Of a stretch of DNA of 32,000 nucleotides, positions 15,394 through 25,761 are shown piece by piece. The stretch covers positions 2,430,001-2,462,000 of the forward strand of contig NC_022349.1 in assembly GCF_000354175.2 (NCBI RefSeq), in the 5' to 3' direction. Source of the stretch: Vibrio alginolyticus NBRC 15630 = ATCC 17749 (lineage in GTDB: Bacteria > Pseudomonadota > Gammaproteobacteria > Enterobacterales > Vibrionaceae). Made by a program: the position numbers and the translations under genes. The notes under the pieces are model-generated. The model searched no databases, was not told the DNA's origin, and was given only the letters and a program-made list of their open reading frames with translations. Within the stretch, counting starts at the first letter, position 1; each line of letters opens with the position of its first letter.

Positions 15394-16752
15394 CTAACCC
15401 CTCATGGTAACGAACTCTTCAGAGCCCGTTGGGTGGATAGCCACAACAGAGTCGAAGTCTGCTTTGGTTGCGCCCATCTTCATTGCTACGCCGAAGCCTT
15501 GGATCATTTCATCTACCGTGAAACCGATGCCGTGTAGGCCAACAACCGTTTCTTCTTCGCCCGCACATACAAGCTTCATCTTACATGGTTGACGGTGCTT
15601 AGTAACAGCGGTGTACATCGCAGTAAAGCCAGATGTGTAGACTTTGATGTTGTCTTTGCCGTACTTCTCTTCTGCTTCTTGCGTTGTTAGACCGATAGTG
15701 CCGATTGGTGGGTGGCTAAATACCACAGTTGGTACCAAATCGTAGTCCATCTTCGCGTTTGGTTTGTTGTTGAAAAGACGCTCAGAAAGTTGACGACCCG
15801 CTTTCACTGCTACTGGTGTTAGTTCGATACCGCCTTCCATGATGTCACCCACACAGTAGATGCCTTTCACGTTAGTTTCTTGGTATTCGTCTACCTTGAT
15901 GTAGCCTTTTTCGTTCGTTGCCACGCCGGTTGACGCTAGGTTGATTGCGTCTGTCGCAGGGTGACGACCGATTGCCCAAATCAGTTGGTCAACGTTTTGG
16001 CTTTCACCGTTTTCTAGGTGCAGAGTTAGGCTGCCATCGGCTTCTTTTACCACTTCTTTTGGTACAGAGTGGGTGTGCAGTTTTGGACCTTCTGCGTCCA
16101 TCACTTCAACCAACGTATCGATGATCATTGGATCGAAGCTACGTAGTGGTGACTCTTTACGTACGAACAGGTGCGTTTCTGTACCTAGCGCGTGCAGTAC
16201 GCCAGCAATTTCAACTGCGATGTAGCCTGCGCCCACAACCGCAACGCGTTTTGGTTGCTCTGCTAGGTCGAAGAAGCCGTTTGAATCGATGCCGTATTCA
16301 GCGCCTGGAATGTTCGGAATAGTAGGACGACCACCAACCGCGATCAGGATGTGATCTGCTGTGTAGTGTTCACCGTTTACTTCGACAGTTTTTTCGTCAA
16401 CAAACTTAGCAAAGCCTTTAATCACGTTTACTTTGTTGTTGCCAAGAACGCGATCGTAAGATTGGTGAATACGACCAATGTACGCCTGACGGCTCTCAAC
16501 TAGTTTGCTCCAGTTGAAACCTTTCACGTCGACATCAAAACCGTAATCTTCTGCGTACAGGTTCATTGCTTCTGCGATTTGCGCGCCATGCCACATCACT
16601 TTTTTCGGTACACAACCTACGTTGACACAGGTACCGCCAAGGTCTTGAGCTTCGATTAGCGCAACTTTCGCGCCGTACATCGCCGCACGGTTTGCAGATG
16701 CGATGCCGCCACTGCCGCCACCGATACAGATATAGTCAAAATGAGTCGCCAT
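15394..16752 (-). CDS. gor: Glutathione-disulfide reductase
   Basis: FAD motif IGGGSGG, redox-active [14 protein letters not shown]-terminal [12 protein letters not shown]. The preferred start is ATG at 16752 (MATHFDY), preceded by GGAGAAAGTA. The ORF-track start is a TTG four codons upstream. Confidence 0.95.
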   Translation of the reverse strand: MATHFDYICIGGGSGGIASANRAAMYGAKVALIEAQDLGGTCVNVGCVPKKVMWHGAQIAEAMNLYAEDYGFDVDVKGFNWSKLVESRQAYIGRIHQSYDRVLGNNKVNVIKGFAKFVDEKTVEVNGEHYTADHILIAVGGRPTIPNIPGAEYGIDSNGFFDLAEQPKRVAVVGAGYIAVEIAGVLHALGTETHLFVRKESPLRSFDPMIIDTLVEVMDAEGPKLHTHSVPKEVVKEADGSLTLHLENGESQNVDQLIWAIGRHPATDAINLASTGVATNEKGYIKVDEYQETNVKGIYCVGDIMEGGIELTPVAVKAGRQLSERLFNNKPNAKMDYDLVPTVVFSHPPIGTIGLTTQEAEEKYGKDNIKVYTSGFTAMYTAVTKHRQPCKMKLVCAGEEETVVGLHGIGFTVDEMIQGFGVAMKMGATKADFDSVVAIHPTGSEEFVTMRG

Positions 16753-16958
16753 TACTTTCTCCAAGAGCTTATAAATTTTATCTGGTACATAGATAGATTG
16801 GGATGACCTTGTCCGAACTCAATGCCACCGTTATCCCACTATCATAAATCGAATTCGACTAATTCCTAAATGGGAAAAAGCGACAATACTTATGACAAAT
16901 AGCGATGAGAGGCACAAAAAGAAGAATAAGCACGATTGGAGGGAGAAGGTGAGAGCAT

Positions 16959-16987
16959 AAAAAAGCGCAACGAGAATATCGTTGCGC
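16959..16987 (-). terminator. Rho-independent terminator of rlmJ
   Basis: On the minus strand: GCGCAACG-atattct-CGTTGCGC-tttttt, about 25 nt after the rlmJ stop. Confidence 0.8.
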
Positions 16988-17011
16988 TTGAAGATAGCAG
17001 TACTGAAGTGC

Positions 17012-17851
17012 TTACTCTGGCACAATCCAGTCCACTTTCCAGTGGCCAGTTGCTGGTGCGATCGCGTCTTGCAGGAATGGCAGAATCTCTTTCATCTGGC
17101 TTTCCAGTTTCCATGGCGGGTTAATCACAATCATGCCGGATGCCGTCATGCCGCGCTCGTTGGTATCTGGTGCAACACCTAACTCGATTTGCAGAATTTT
17201 ACGAATGCCCAGTGCTTCCAAGCCTTCGATCATATCTTCGATGTCGTGGCGGTTTACCACTGGGTACCAAATCGCGTAGATACCGGTTGCCCAACGTTTA
17301 TGGCTCTGATGAATCGCTCGCACCACATCGCGGTACTCTTTCGCGAGTTCGTATGGTGGGTCAATCAGCACCAAACCACGACGCTCTTGTGGCGGTAAGC
17401 TTGCTTTGAGGCGTTGGAATCCGTCTTCTTTGAAGATGCTCACTTGGCGATCACGATGGAATTCTTGCTCTAACAATGGGTGATCGGCCGGGTGCAACTC
17501 GGTCAGCACCATACGATCTTGTGGGCGGATTTGCGCGCGCGCTACACGTGGTGAGCCTGGGTAGTAACGCAGCTTCTCGCCATTGTTGAGCACTTTAATG
17601 GCATCGATGTAGCTTTTGATGTCTTCAGGAATGCTTGGGTTATCCCAAATACGTGCGATGCCTTGTTTGTATTCGCCCGTTTTTTCAGACCATTCGTGAG
17701 TCAGATCGTAACGGCCCACACCCGAGTGGGTATCGTGATAAACGAATGGCTTATCTTTTTGTTTCAGCGCATCAAGAATGAGGCTTTGAACGATGTGTTT
17801 GACCACGTCGGCATGGTTGCCAGCGTGGAAGCTGTGGCGGTAACTTAACAA
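17012..17851 (-). CDS. rlmJ: 23S rRNA (adenine2030-N6)-methyltransferase
   Basis: From the TTG at 17851 the protein begins MLSYRHSFHAGNHADV, as I recall for E. coli RlmJ (YhiR). It has a DPPYE motif and is ~279 aa. It lies between gor and prlC, as in E. coli. Confidence 0.88.
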   Translation of the reverse strand: MLSYRHSFHAGNHADVVKHIVQSLILDALKQKDKPFVYHDTHSGVGRYDLTHEWSEKTGEYKQGIARIWDNPSIPEDIKSYIDAIKVLNNGEKLRYYPGSPRVARAQIRPQDRMVLTELHPADHPLLEQEFHRDRQVSIFKEDGFQRLKASLPPQERRGLVLIDPPYELAKEYRDVVRAIHQSHKRWATGIYAIWYPVVNRHDIEDMIEGLEALGIRKILQIELGVAPDTNERGMTASGMIVINPPWKLESQMKEILPFLQDAIAPATGHWKVDWIVPE

Positions 17852-18250
17852 ATTAAACTCTCGAAACACTCTTTGGCTGAGTGTGGTCTGTGATTTTCAC
17901 TCTATGGCGGTATTATACTCAAGTAACTTAAAGATGTAGAACTTCCAATCAAATCTGTTCCTCTGATAAGGGGACGCTATTGAAATTTCTTTAAGTCACC
18001 CACACTTACTATTGGTAATCGAATTGAACTAGGTGAGTTTCTCGCACTCAAAAGGGTGTGAAATCTCATTTAGGTATAACAAGACTCAAGGACAGAGTAG
18101 CGCTGGTTGACTATAAGATGGTCATCGCGGCATAGAGAAAGGGAACGGAGCTCCCCCAATCCATGTTGCTGGCTCGTCTGTACATTGAGTTGGCCTATCT
18201 ACACAAAATAGACAGGCAATCACAGAGTCAAAACACAAAAGGAATTATTC

Positions 18251-20293
18251 ATGTCTAATCCTCTTCTGACGTTTACGGACCTACCTCCGTTTTCTCAAAT
18301 TAAACCAGAACACATCAAGCCTGCCGTTGAGCAAGCGATTGCTGACTGCCGAGCAAAAATCGATGAAGTTCTACAAGACAACGCTCACCCAACTTGGGAC
18401 AGTGTGATTGCGCCAATTGAAGAAGCGGATGATCGCTTAAGCCGCATCTGGTCGCCAGTGGGTCACATGAACTCGGTAGTGAACAGCGAAGAGCTACGTG
18501 AAGCTTACGAAAGTTGCCTACCAATTTTGTCAGAGTACGGCACTTGGGTTGGTCAGCATAAAGGGTTGTACGAAGCGTACAAAACCATCAAAGCGAGCGA
18601 AGAATTTGCAACGTTAACTCGTGCCCAGCAGAAAACCATCACTGATGCACTGCGTGATTTCGAGTTATCAGGCATTGGTTTGCCATCCGATGAGCAGCAC
18701 CGTTACGGCGAGATCAGCAAACGTATGTCTGAGCTGAGCTCTAAATTCTCTAACAATGTGCTGGATGCCACCATGGGTTGGACCAAGCAAATCACAGACG
18801 AGAAAGACCTAGCAGGTATGCCAGAATCGGCGCTGGCAGCAGCGAAAGCTGCCGCAGAAGCAAAAGAGTTAGATGGTTACCTCATTACGCTAGATATCCC
18901 ATCTTACCTACCTGTCATGACGTACTGCGATAACCAAGAGTTGCGTAAAGAAGTGTACGAAGCGTACGTGACGCGCGCTTCTGATCGAGGTCCAAACGCA
19001 GGCAAATGGGATAACTCAGAAATCATTACTGAGCAGCTAAAACTGCGCCATGAAATTTCACGTATGCTAGGTTTCAATACTTACAGTGAAAAGTCGTTAG
19101 CAACAAAGATGGCTGAAACGCCGGATCAAGTGCTGGGCTTCCTGAATGACCTAGCGACACGAGCGAAACCGCAAGGTGAACGTGAAGTCGAAGAGTTACG
19201 TCAGTTTGCGAAAAGTGAGTTTGGTGTTGAAGAGCTGAACGTTTGGGATATCGCTTACTACAGCGAGAAACAAAAGCAGCACCTGTTCCAAATTTCGGAT
19301 GAAGAACTGCGCCCATACTTCCCAGAGTCAAAAGTCGTGAGCGGTCTGTTTGAAGTGCTAAACCGCGTGTTTGGCATGGCCGTTACTGAGCGCGAAGGCG
19401 TAGACACTTGGCATGAGTCCGTGCGCTTTTTCGATATCTTTGATGCTGAAGGCACACTCCGTGGCAGTTTCTACCTAGATCTCTACGCTCGTGAACACAA
19501 ACGTGGCGGCGCGTGGATGGATGATTGTCGTGGTCGTCGCGTTACGCTATCTGGCGAGCTGCAAACGCCGGTTGCGTATCTAACGTGTAACTTCAACCGT
19601 CCAGTGGGCGACAAACCAGCACTGTTCACGCACGATGAAGTCGTGACGCTATTCCATGAGTTTGGTCATGGAATCCACCACATGTTGACGCAAGTTGATA
19701 CAGGTGCTGTTTCAGGTATTAATGGCGTGCCTTGGGATGCGGTTGAGCTACCAAGTCAGTTCCTAGAAAACTGGTGTTGGGAAGAGGATGCGCTGGCGTT
19801 CATTTCTGGTCACTATGAGACAGGTGAGCCGCTACCTAAAGCGATGCTAGACAAAATGCTCGCAGCGAAAAACTTCCAATCTGCGATGGGTATTTTGCGT
19901 CAGCTAGAATTCGGCTTGTTCGACTTCACGCTTCACACCGAATATGACCCTGAAGTGGGTGCGCGTGTACTGGAAACTCTGGCGAAAGTGAAAGAGAAAG
20001 TAGCGGTAGTTCCTGCGGTTGAGTGGGCGCGTTTCTCACACAGCTTCGGCCATATTTTTGCTGGTGGCTACAGTGCGGGTTACTACAGCTACCTATGGGC
20101 TGAAGTGCTGTCGTCAGACGCGTATTCTCGCTTTGAAGAAGAAGGCATCTTCAACAAAGAGACGGGCCTAAGCTTCCTGAATAACATTCTAGAAATGGGG
20201 GGCAGTGAAGAGCCAATGGAGCTGTTCAAGCGCTTCCGTGGCCGCGAGCCACAAATCGATGCACTGTTGCGCCATTCGGGTATTGCGGCGTAA
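18251..20293 (+). CDS. prlC: Oligopeptidase A (M3 family zinc metallopeptidase)
   Basis: 680-aa ORF with HEFGHGIH zinc motif. Its length and sequence character fit PrlC/OpdA. Confidence 0.95.
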   Translation: MSNPLLTFTDLPPFSQIKPEHIKPAVEQAIADCRAKIDEVLQDNAHPTWDSVIAPIEEADDRLSRIWSPVGHMNSVVNSEELREAYESCLPILSEYGTWVGQHKGLYEAYKTIKASEEFATLTRAQQKTITDALRDFELSGIGLPSDEQHRYGEISKRMSELSSKFSNNVLDATMGWTKQITDEKDLAGMPESALAAAKAAAEAKELDGYLITLDIPSYLPVMTYCDNQELRKEVYEAYVTRASDRGPNAGKWDNSEIITEQLKLRHEISRMLGFNTYSEKSLATKMAETPDQVLGFLNDLATRAKPQGEREVEELRQFAKSEFGVEELNVWDIAYYSEKQKQHLFQISDEELRPYFPESKVVSGLFEVLNRVFGMAVTEREGVDTWHESVRFFDIFDAEGTLRGSFYLDLYAREHKRGGAWMDDCRGRRVTLSGELQTPVAYLTCNFNRPVGDKPALFTHDEVVTLFHEFGHGIHHMLTQVDTGAVSGINGVPWDAVELPSQFLENWCWEEDALAFISGHYETGEPLPKAMLDKMLAAKNFQSAMGILRQLEFGLFDFTLHTEYDPEVGARVLETLAKVKEKVAVVPAVEWARFSHSFGHIFAGGYSAGYYSYLWAEVLSSDAYSRFEEEGIFNKETGLSFLNNILEMGGSEEPMELFKRFRGREPQIDALLRHSGIAA

Positions 20294-20300
20294 ATTGAGC

Positions 20301-20340
20301 AAAAAACATCAAGGCCAACCGTTCAGTTGGCCTTTTTTGT
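20301..20340. terminator. Bidirectional terminator between prlC (+) and asnC (-)
   Basis: aaaaaacatc-AAGGCCAAC-cgttca-GTTGGCCTT-ttttgt, with a 9-bp perfect stem. Confidence 0.85.
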
Positions 20341-20359
20341 ACATTTTTTATAAAAAATT

Positions 20360-20824
20360 TTACGGATTTACGTTGCGGTTGATCGGGTTCTGCAACGATA
20401 TCAATGTCTCTGTGGACTGAACCTCATCAATGGCTTGCAGCTTGTCGATCAGTACAAATTGCAGCTCTTCAATCGATTTGCACATCAATTTGACGAATAT
20501 GTTATACGCGCCCGTGGTGTAGTAAGCTTCAACGACTTCGTCGAGCGCGTTGAGTTTTTCTAACGCGGAGTGGTAATCACGAGCTGCATTGAGGTTAATA
20601 CCAATAAAGCAGCACACATCGTAGCCAAGCTTTTTGGTATTGATGATCACCTCCGTTCCTTCGATGATGTCCGCCGACTTCATCTTCTCGATACGCACAT
20701 GGATAGTGGCAGGGCTGACATCGAACTGCTTTGCCATTTCTGCGTAGGGCGTTCTGGCGTCAGCCATCAGTGTTTTTAATATTGCGCGGTCAAGGTCGTC
20801 GAGTTTCGGCAGGCTCGCATTCAT
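20360..20824 (-). CDS. asnC: Lrp/AsnC-family transcriptional regulator, AsnC-like
   Basis: 154 aa. LDRAILKTLMADARTPYAEMAKQFDVSPATIHVRIEKMK ... LGYDVCCFIGINL closely parallels E. coli AsnC as I recall it. Confidence 0.8.
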   Translation of the reverse strand: MNASLPKLDDLDRAILKTLMADARTPYAEMAKQFDVSPATIHVRIEKMKSADIIEGTEVIINTKKLGYDVCCFIGINLNAARDYHSALEKLNALDEVVEAYYTTGAYNIFVKLMCKSIEELQFVLIDKLQAIDEVQSTETLISLQNPINRNVNP

Positions 20825-20937
20825 ACTATGATTTCCGTTAGGGATAGAGTTTTACCTCCCTTTTATACTCATAGCGGATAGGATTCACAAGGTTTGGCAG
20901 GAGTAACTGCGGGTTAACTCCGAGCTATGGAGATAAT

Positions 20938-23900
20938 GTGCAGCGTTTTCTGGTTATTGCCGCGCTATGTTGGAGCGCGTTTGCTACGGCCTCAGATCCG
21001 AAGGTGTTGGTCGTGCACTCCTATCATCAGGGTTTTTTCTGGACGGACTCCATACAGCGAGGCATCGAGCAACAGCTGGGCGATCGAGCGCTGGACATGC
21101 GTGTGCTCTATCTAGACTCGAAACGTAACCAGAGTGAGCAGTTTTTTGCACAACTAAAATCCTTATATCTTACGAAATTACGCAAAGAGCGATTCGATGC
21201 CATTTTAGTGAGCGATAACAATGCGCTTGAACTCATGCAGCGTTTAGCCCCAATCATCAAAGACACCCCAGTTATATTTAACGGCATTAATAACTACCAT
21301 CCTTCTTTACATCGTTCTCTGAATGCAACCGGAGTCATGGAAGATGTCGATTTGGAAGCGAATCTCGCTCTTATTGAGCGCTTACATCCGAACTACACAC
21401 AAGTTCTCATCGTCAGTGACCACTCGGTGACCGGTGAGGTGTTGCGTTATCAAATCGACAATTTTGTCCTCAAGTTCCCGCAATATCGAGACAAAATCGT
21501 ACAAGTTGTCCCAGACAGTATCATCGATCTAAAACAACAAGTCGCAAAACTGAGTTCCGATAAAGTCGTCTTGTTCTGGACCTATTACCGAGATAAACAA
21601 GGTATGGTTGGCAGCGAGCGTGACTGGGTTGGTGTCAACAAAGTCTCAAACGCGCCGCTGTTTATGGTGCATGACATTGGTTTGGGTCATGGCGCAGTTG
21701 GAGGGGTTATTCAAAGTGGTTATCGGCATGGTATTGAGAGTGCAGAGATGCTTGAATTCGTTTTGGATAACCCTGATCAGCCTCTGCCTGCCGTGAAAAA
21801 AAGTGATTCTGAAATAAAGCTCGATTACCAAGCGGTAGCGCGTTGGGGATTGGGGGCTGAACAAGAGGTTTCTGCGGTATTTTTTAATAAGCCAATGAAG
21901 CTTTCTGAACGTTTTGCCAAGGAAATTCGCCTGTTTGGTAGTCTGTTTGTGGTGATGTCGGTGGTCATTTTGCTGATGGGTTATTATTTACAGCGGATGC
22001 GTCGCAGTGAGAGCGCTGCGCGAGAAAGCCAGGCTATTCTAGAATCGATTTTCGATCAGAGCATGCAGTATATGGGCATTTTGGATGCCAACGGTGTGCT
22101 TAAATCGGGCAACGATCACCTTCAATCCTTACTTTATCACCAAGGACTGCGCTTAGACCGACCACTTTGGTTTCACCCCAACTGGAGTGAAAAAGCACAA
22201 GCGTTGCTTGAGGAGTATTTCCACGCGCCTCACCATCAAGTGTCGACGTTTGAAGCTGAAATTTGGAGTAAAGAACACGGCGCCTTGGTATTAGAAGTTT
22301 CGCTCAAGCCTTTTTCTCAGCAAGTAGGGAATCATAAGCAATACTTGTTTGAAGCGCGCGATATTACCAGTCGTAAATTGATGGAGGACAAGCTCTACCA
22401 ACGTGAGTCAACCCTACGCAACTATTATGAGCAGCAGCCCGTGATGATGGTGACGCTTGATAGTAATAACCGAATTCAAGAAGTGAATCGATTTGCTCAA
22501 CTACTTCTTGGCTACAAACCGATGGACATGCTCGGACATCGCCTGAGGGAGTTCTATTTTGATGACAAAGTGCTGTTCCCTCGCCAAGTGTTATTGCAAC
22601 CCAACCAGCAAGTGCATGGTGTTTGGCGACGTGAAGTCGAGTATCGTCATGCAAATGGTCATCGTGTTTGGGTGCGCGAGAATATTCGTCCGCTGAGTGA
22701 ATCTGAGCAACTGCTGATTGTGGGCGAAGATATTACCGAAACCAAACTGCTCTCCGAGAAATTGGAATACCAAGCTCGCTATGACTTACTGACGGGGACT
22801 TACAACAGAAACCATTTTGAACTAGAGCTTAAGACCGCACTGTGCGAAGTGGACAGCCATCGTCGAGTCCACGCCATGTTGTACCTCGACTTAGATCAAC
22901 TAAAAGTCCTCAATGATACGGTTGGGCATGATGCAGGTGATGCGGCGATTCAATTCTGCGCCAGTATGCTGGAAGGCGTTCTGCCGTACAATTCCATCTT
23001 GGCTCGAATGGGAGGCGATGAGTTTGCGGTGTTACTCAAAGACTGTGACGAATATGGCGCCATCAATATTGCCAAACTGATCATCTCGACACTAAGCGAA
23101 CACCTCTTTATTTGGGAAGACACACGCCTGTTCATCAGTTGCTCAATTGGTATCCGTATCATCGATCATACCGCTGATACGCCACAAATGGTGCATGCTC
23201 AAGCAGACTCTGCTTGTCACGCCGCTAAAGAGCAAGGCCGTAACCGCTATAATCTATTCAGCTTAGATAACGAAGAGTTGCAGCGTCGTCAGATGGAAAT
23301 GCAGAGCGTCAATTTGGTGCATGAGGCATTGTCGAATCAACGTTTAGAACTGTTTGCTCAACCGATAAAAAGCTTACAAAAGCACGAGACTCAAATGTAT
23401 TTTGAGATTTTGGTGCGTATTCGCAATGGGTACGGTGATTATGTTTCTCCTGCGCTGTTTATCCCTGCTTCCGAGCGCTACAACATTGCCCATTGGATTG
23501 ATAAGCAGGTTATTACTCAAACGCTAGAGTGGTTTGAACAGCGTCCTGAGGTGGTTGAACAGCTTGGTCGCTGTTCGATAAACCTTTCAGGTCAATCTAT
23601 GGGGAATCAAGAGTTTATTGACTTCTTATTGGAGCGATTGGAAAGTTCGACTCTGCCGTGTGAAAAAATCTGCTTAGAAATCACCGAGACAGCGGCGATG
23701 AGCAATCTGGATCAAGCCATTGAGCTGTTTACCAAGCTAAAGGCTTTGGGTTGTATGATTGCATTGGATGATTTCGGATCTGGATTGTCTTCATTTGGTT
23801 ACTTAAAGAAACTTCCTGTCGATATCGTGAAAATTGATGGTCTTTTCGTGCAAGATATCAACGTAAATGAAATGGACCGCGTGATGGTTCGTTCAATCAA

Positions 23901-24063
23901 TGACTTGGCGAAGCAACTAGGTAAAGTGACGGTGGCGGAGTTTGTCGAAAATGACCAGGTTATGCAGCATTTGATAGACCTCGGTGTGGACTACGGTCAA
24001 GGCTACGGTATTGGTCATCCTAAGCCGCTTTCTGAGCTAGTGGAGCAACTGACGGTTGTATAA
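20938..24063 (+). CDS. Membrane sensor with a periplasmic substrate-binding-like domain, TM segment, PAS domains, and GGDEF and EAL domains (c-di-GMP turnover)
   Basis: GTG start after GGAGataat. Features in order: signal peptide; N-terminal periplasmic domain (KVLVVHSYHQGFFWTD); TM segment (LFGSLFVVMSVVILLMGYYL); PAS-like region; intact GGDEF (RMGGDEFAVLL); EAL-domain residues (EIL in place of EAL, FIPASE, NLS, EITET, DDFGSGLSS, KIDG, QGYG). Confidence 0.9.
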   Translation: MQRFLVIAALCWSAFATASDPKVLVVHSYHQGFFWTDSIQRGIEQQLGDRALDMRVLYLDSKRNQSEQFFAQLKSLYLTKLRKERFDAILVSDNNALELMQRLAPIIKDTPVIFNGINNYHPSLHRSLNATGVMEDVDLEANLALIERLHPNYTQVLIVSDHSVTGEVLRYQIDNFVLKFPQYRDKIVQVVPDSIIDLKQQVAKLSSDKVVLFWTYYRDKQGMVGSERDWVGVNKVSNAPLFMVHDIGLGHGAVGGVIQSGYRHGIESAEMLEFVLDNPDQPLPAVKKSDSEIKLDYQAVARWGLGAEQEVSAVFFNKPMKLSERFAKEIRLFGSLFVVMSVVILLMGYYLQRMRRSESAARESQAILESIFDQSMQYMGILDANGVLKSGNDHLQSLLYHQGLRLDRPLWFHPNWSEKAQALLEEYFHAPHHQVSTFEAEIWSKEHGALVLEVSLKPFSQQVGNHKQYLFEARDITSRKLMEDKLYQRESTLRNYYEQQPVMMVTLDSNNRIQEVNRFAQLLLGYKPMDMLGHRLREFYFDDKVLFPRQVLLQPNQQVHGVWRREVEYRHANGHRVWVRENIRPLSESEQLLIVGEDITETKLLSEKLEYQARYDLLTGTYNRNHFELELKTALCEVDSHRRVHAMLYLDLDQLKVLNDTVGHDAGDAAIQFCASMLEGVLPYNSILARMGGDEFAVLLKDCDEYGAINIAKLIISTLSEHLFIWEDTRLFISCSIGIRIIDHTADTPQMVHAQADSACHAAKEQGRNRYNLFSLDNEELQRRQMEMQSVNLVHEALSNQRLELFAQPIKSLQKHETQMYFEILVRIRNGYGDYVSPALFIPASERYNIAHWIDKQVITQTLEWFEQRPEVVEQLGRCSINLSGQSMGNQEFIDFLLERLESSTLPCEKICLEITETAAMSNLDQAIELFTKLKALGCMIALDDFGSGLSSFGYLKKLPVDIVKIDGLFVQDINVNEMDRVMVRSINDLAKQLGKVTVAEFVENDQVMQHLIDLGVDYGQGYGIGHPKPLSELVEQLTVV

Positions 24064-24095
24064 CCTCTTCGTAGCAAGCTCAACCTAGCATTAAT

Positions 24096-24139
24096 AGGTA
24101 ACTTAGGTATACACTCAGCGCCAGTTACCTCGATTTTTA
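24096..24139 (+). terminator. Candidate terminator after the GGDEF-EAL gene
   Basis: AGGTAACT-19 nt loop-AGTTACCT-cgattttta. The large loop lowers confidence. Confidence 0.4.
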
Positions 24140-24152
24140 TTGGAGCCTCCTT

Positions 24153-24932
24153 TTGCAACTGCAATTGATCTGTGAAAACCCGTCTCAACAATCTCATCTT
24201 GATGAACTCGCTGCGCGTTGGCGGCTTTCTCATACTGACGATAGCGATTTTGCTTTGGTGCTAACCACCGAGCGTTTGGAGCTACGTAAAGTGGATGAGC
24301 CAAAGCTGGGTGCAATCTTTGTGGATTTGATTGGTGGTGCGGTCGGTCATCGTCGCAAGTTCGGTGGTGGTAAAGGTCAGGCAATTGCGAAAGCGGCGGG
24401 GTTGAACAAAGGGGCAACGCCAACCGTGTTAGACGGCACGGCAGGTCTTGGTCGTGATGCGTTTGTGCTCGCCTCGCTAGGTTGTAAAGTGCAGATGGTC
24501 GAGCGTCATCCAGTCGTAGCGGCTTTGTTAGATGATGGCTTGGATCGAGCGAAACAAGACTCAGAAATCGGCACCTGGGTATCTGAGCGCATGTCGCTAA
24601 TCCATGCTTCTAGCCATGATGCGCTGGAACAATTGGCGCAAGATAAAGACTTTGTCCAGCCAGATGTGGTGTATCTTGACCCGATGTATCCGCACCCAGA
24701 AAATAAAAAGAAGTCGGCGCTCGTGAAAAAAGAAATGCGCGTTTTCCAATCGTTGGTTGGCGCCGATTTGGACGCCGATGGCCTACTAGAACCAGCCATG
24801 GCGTTAGCCACAAAGCGTGTAGTAGTTAAACGCCCAGACTATGCTAACTGGCTGAACGAGAAAAAACCGACCATGGCGATTGAAACGAAAAAAAATCGCT
24901 TCGATGTCTATGTTAAAGCATCGATGGCATAA
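24153..24932 (+). CDS. rsmJ: 16S rRNA (guanine1516-N2)-methyltransferase
   Basis: 259 aa from a TTG start. It matches RsmJ/YhiQ as I recall it: [95 protein letters not shown]. Confidence 0.9.
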   Translation: MQLQLICENPSQQSHLDELAARWRLSHTDDSDFALVLTTERLELRKVDEPKLGAIFVDLIGGAVGHRRKFGGGKGQAIAKAAGLNKGATPTVLDGTAGLGRDAFVLASLGCKVQMVERHPVVAALLDDGLDRAKQDSEIGTWVSERMSLIHASSHDALEQLAQDKDFVQPDVVYLDPMYPHPENKKKSALVKKEMRVFQSLVGADLDADGLLEPAMALATKRVVVKRPDYANWLNEKKPTMAIETKKNRFDVYVKASMA

Positions 24933-25118
24933 CTTCCTGACGGCTCAACTTTTCTTGTCACAGTACGGTGTATCGTGCTGTGACTCGGCTTCTCTTTCCT
25001 CGTCTCTATTGATAGTTTTCTCTTGCTAATTCCCTTTCCTGACTGTATATCTAACTAAGAATTATTATTATTTCACTTGTTGTGATGCGGTCGATAACTG
25101 GGAAGCTGGAGTAGTAGA

Positions 25119-25691
25119 ATGGCTAAACGTTTATGTAAAATGAGTCGCAAACAGATCGCGGCAGAACTTGGTGATATCCATCGTTTAGTTGTCGCACCAA
25201 AATTCGTTTGTCGTTCTTGCGCACGCTCTTCATCGGCCAAAGATACCCTTTGTAAGCCAGCCGCAATTCCTCCACAAAAATGCCAAGACAAGCCATTGAG
25301 TGAGCAACAAGCATGTGGCTTATTGGTTGAAGCTCTGCCATCACAAGCGATTCCAGTGACCACTAAACAAAGCAACGAAAAAGCCGCGATTGTGAAGCGT
25401 GTTGTTGAGCGCGTGAAAGAGAAAAAACAAGCCGAAAAATCTCCGGAGCCAGTAAGAGCCGACGCATCAGTATGGTTTGATTTAGCGGATAAAAAATCGC
25501 TCAAGAAAGCGAAAAAAGCACTGAAAAAGCACTATAAGCAGCAAAAGAAGTTGCTAAAAGTGGCGAAAAAACAACAAAAGTTACTTAAGCGTCAGCGTAA
25601 ACTGGAAGCGCGTAATGCGAAACTAGAAGTGTTGCTGCCAACGCCACCTAATGCTTTGATGAACGCAATCTCACAAGCCAAAGTGCATTAA
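25119..25691 (+). CDS. Hypothetical protein with four N-terminal Cys residues and a very lysine-rich C-terminal half
   Basis: 190-aa ORF with RBS gGGAAGctGGAGtagtagaATG. Cys residues occur in the order C-x24-C-x2-C-x10-C (RLCK ... FVCRSCARSSSAKDTLCKP). The C-terminus is KKSLKKAKKALKKHYKQQKKLLKVAKKQQKLLKRQRKLE. A strong terminator follows. Confidence 0.6.
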   Translation: MAKRLCKMSRKQIAAELGDIHRLVVAPKFVCRSCARSSSAKDTLCKPAAIPPQKCQDKPLSEQQACGLLVEALPSQAIPVTTKQSNEKAAIVKRVVERVKEKKQAEKSPEPVRADASVWFDLADKKSLKKAKKALKKHYKQQKKLLKVAKKQQKLLKRQRKLEARNAKLEVLLPTPPNALMNAISQAKVH

Positions 25692-25697
25692 TCAAAT

Positions 25698-25732
25698 AAA
25701 AAAAACGCTCTCCAGTCGGAGAGCGTTTTTTA
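25698..25732. terminator. Bidirectional terminator between the lysine-rich gene (+) and the yigM-like gene (-)
   Basis: aaaaaaaa-CGCTCTCC-agtc-GGAGAGCG-tttttt. Confidence 0.9.
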
Positions 25733-25761
25733 TTGTCGAAATGTTTATAGGATTAGCTGCG

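Noticed and set aside
16831-17124. Several 62-74-aa ORFs in and around the gor-rlmJ intergenic region.
   Set aside because: They overlap one another, the rlmJ terminator and the rlmJ 3' end. They lack an RBS and have low-complexity translations. The region is better explained as the gor promoter plus the rlmJ terminator.
17980-18006. Sigma32-like heat-shock promoter upstream of prlC (TTGAAA-N13-CCCACACT).
   Set aside because: The -35 half is good. The -10 half matches CCCCATNT at only about 4 of 7 specified positions. The site is about 250 nt from the prlC start. This is too weak to call without transcript mapping.
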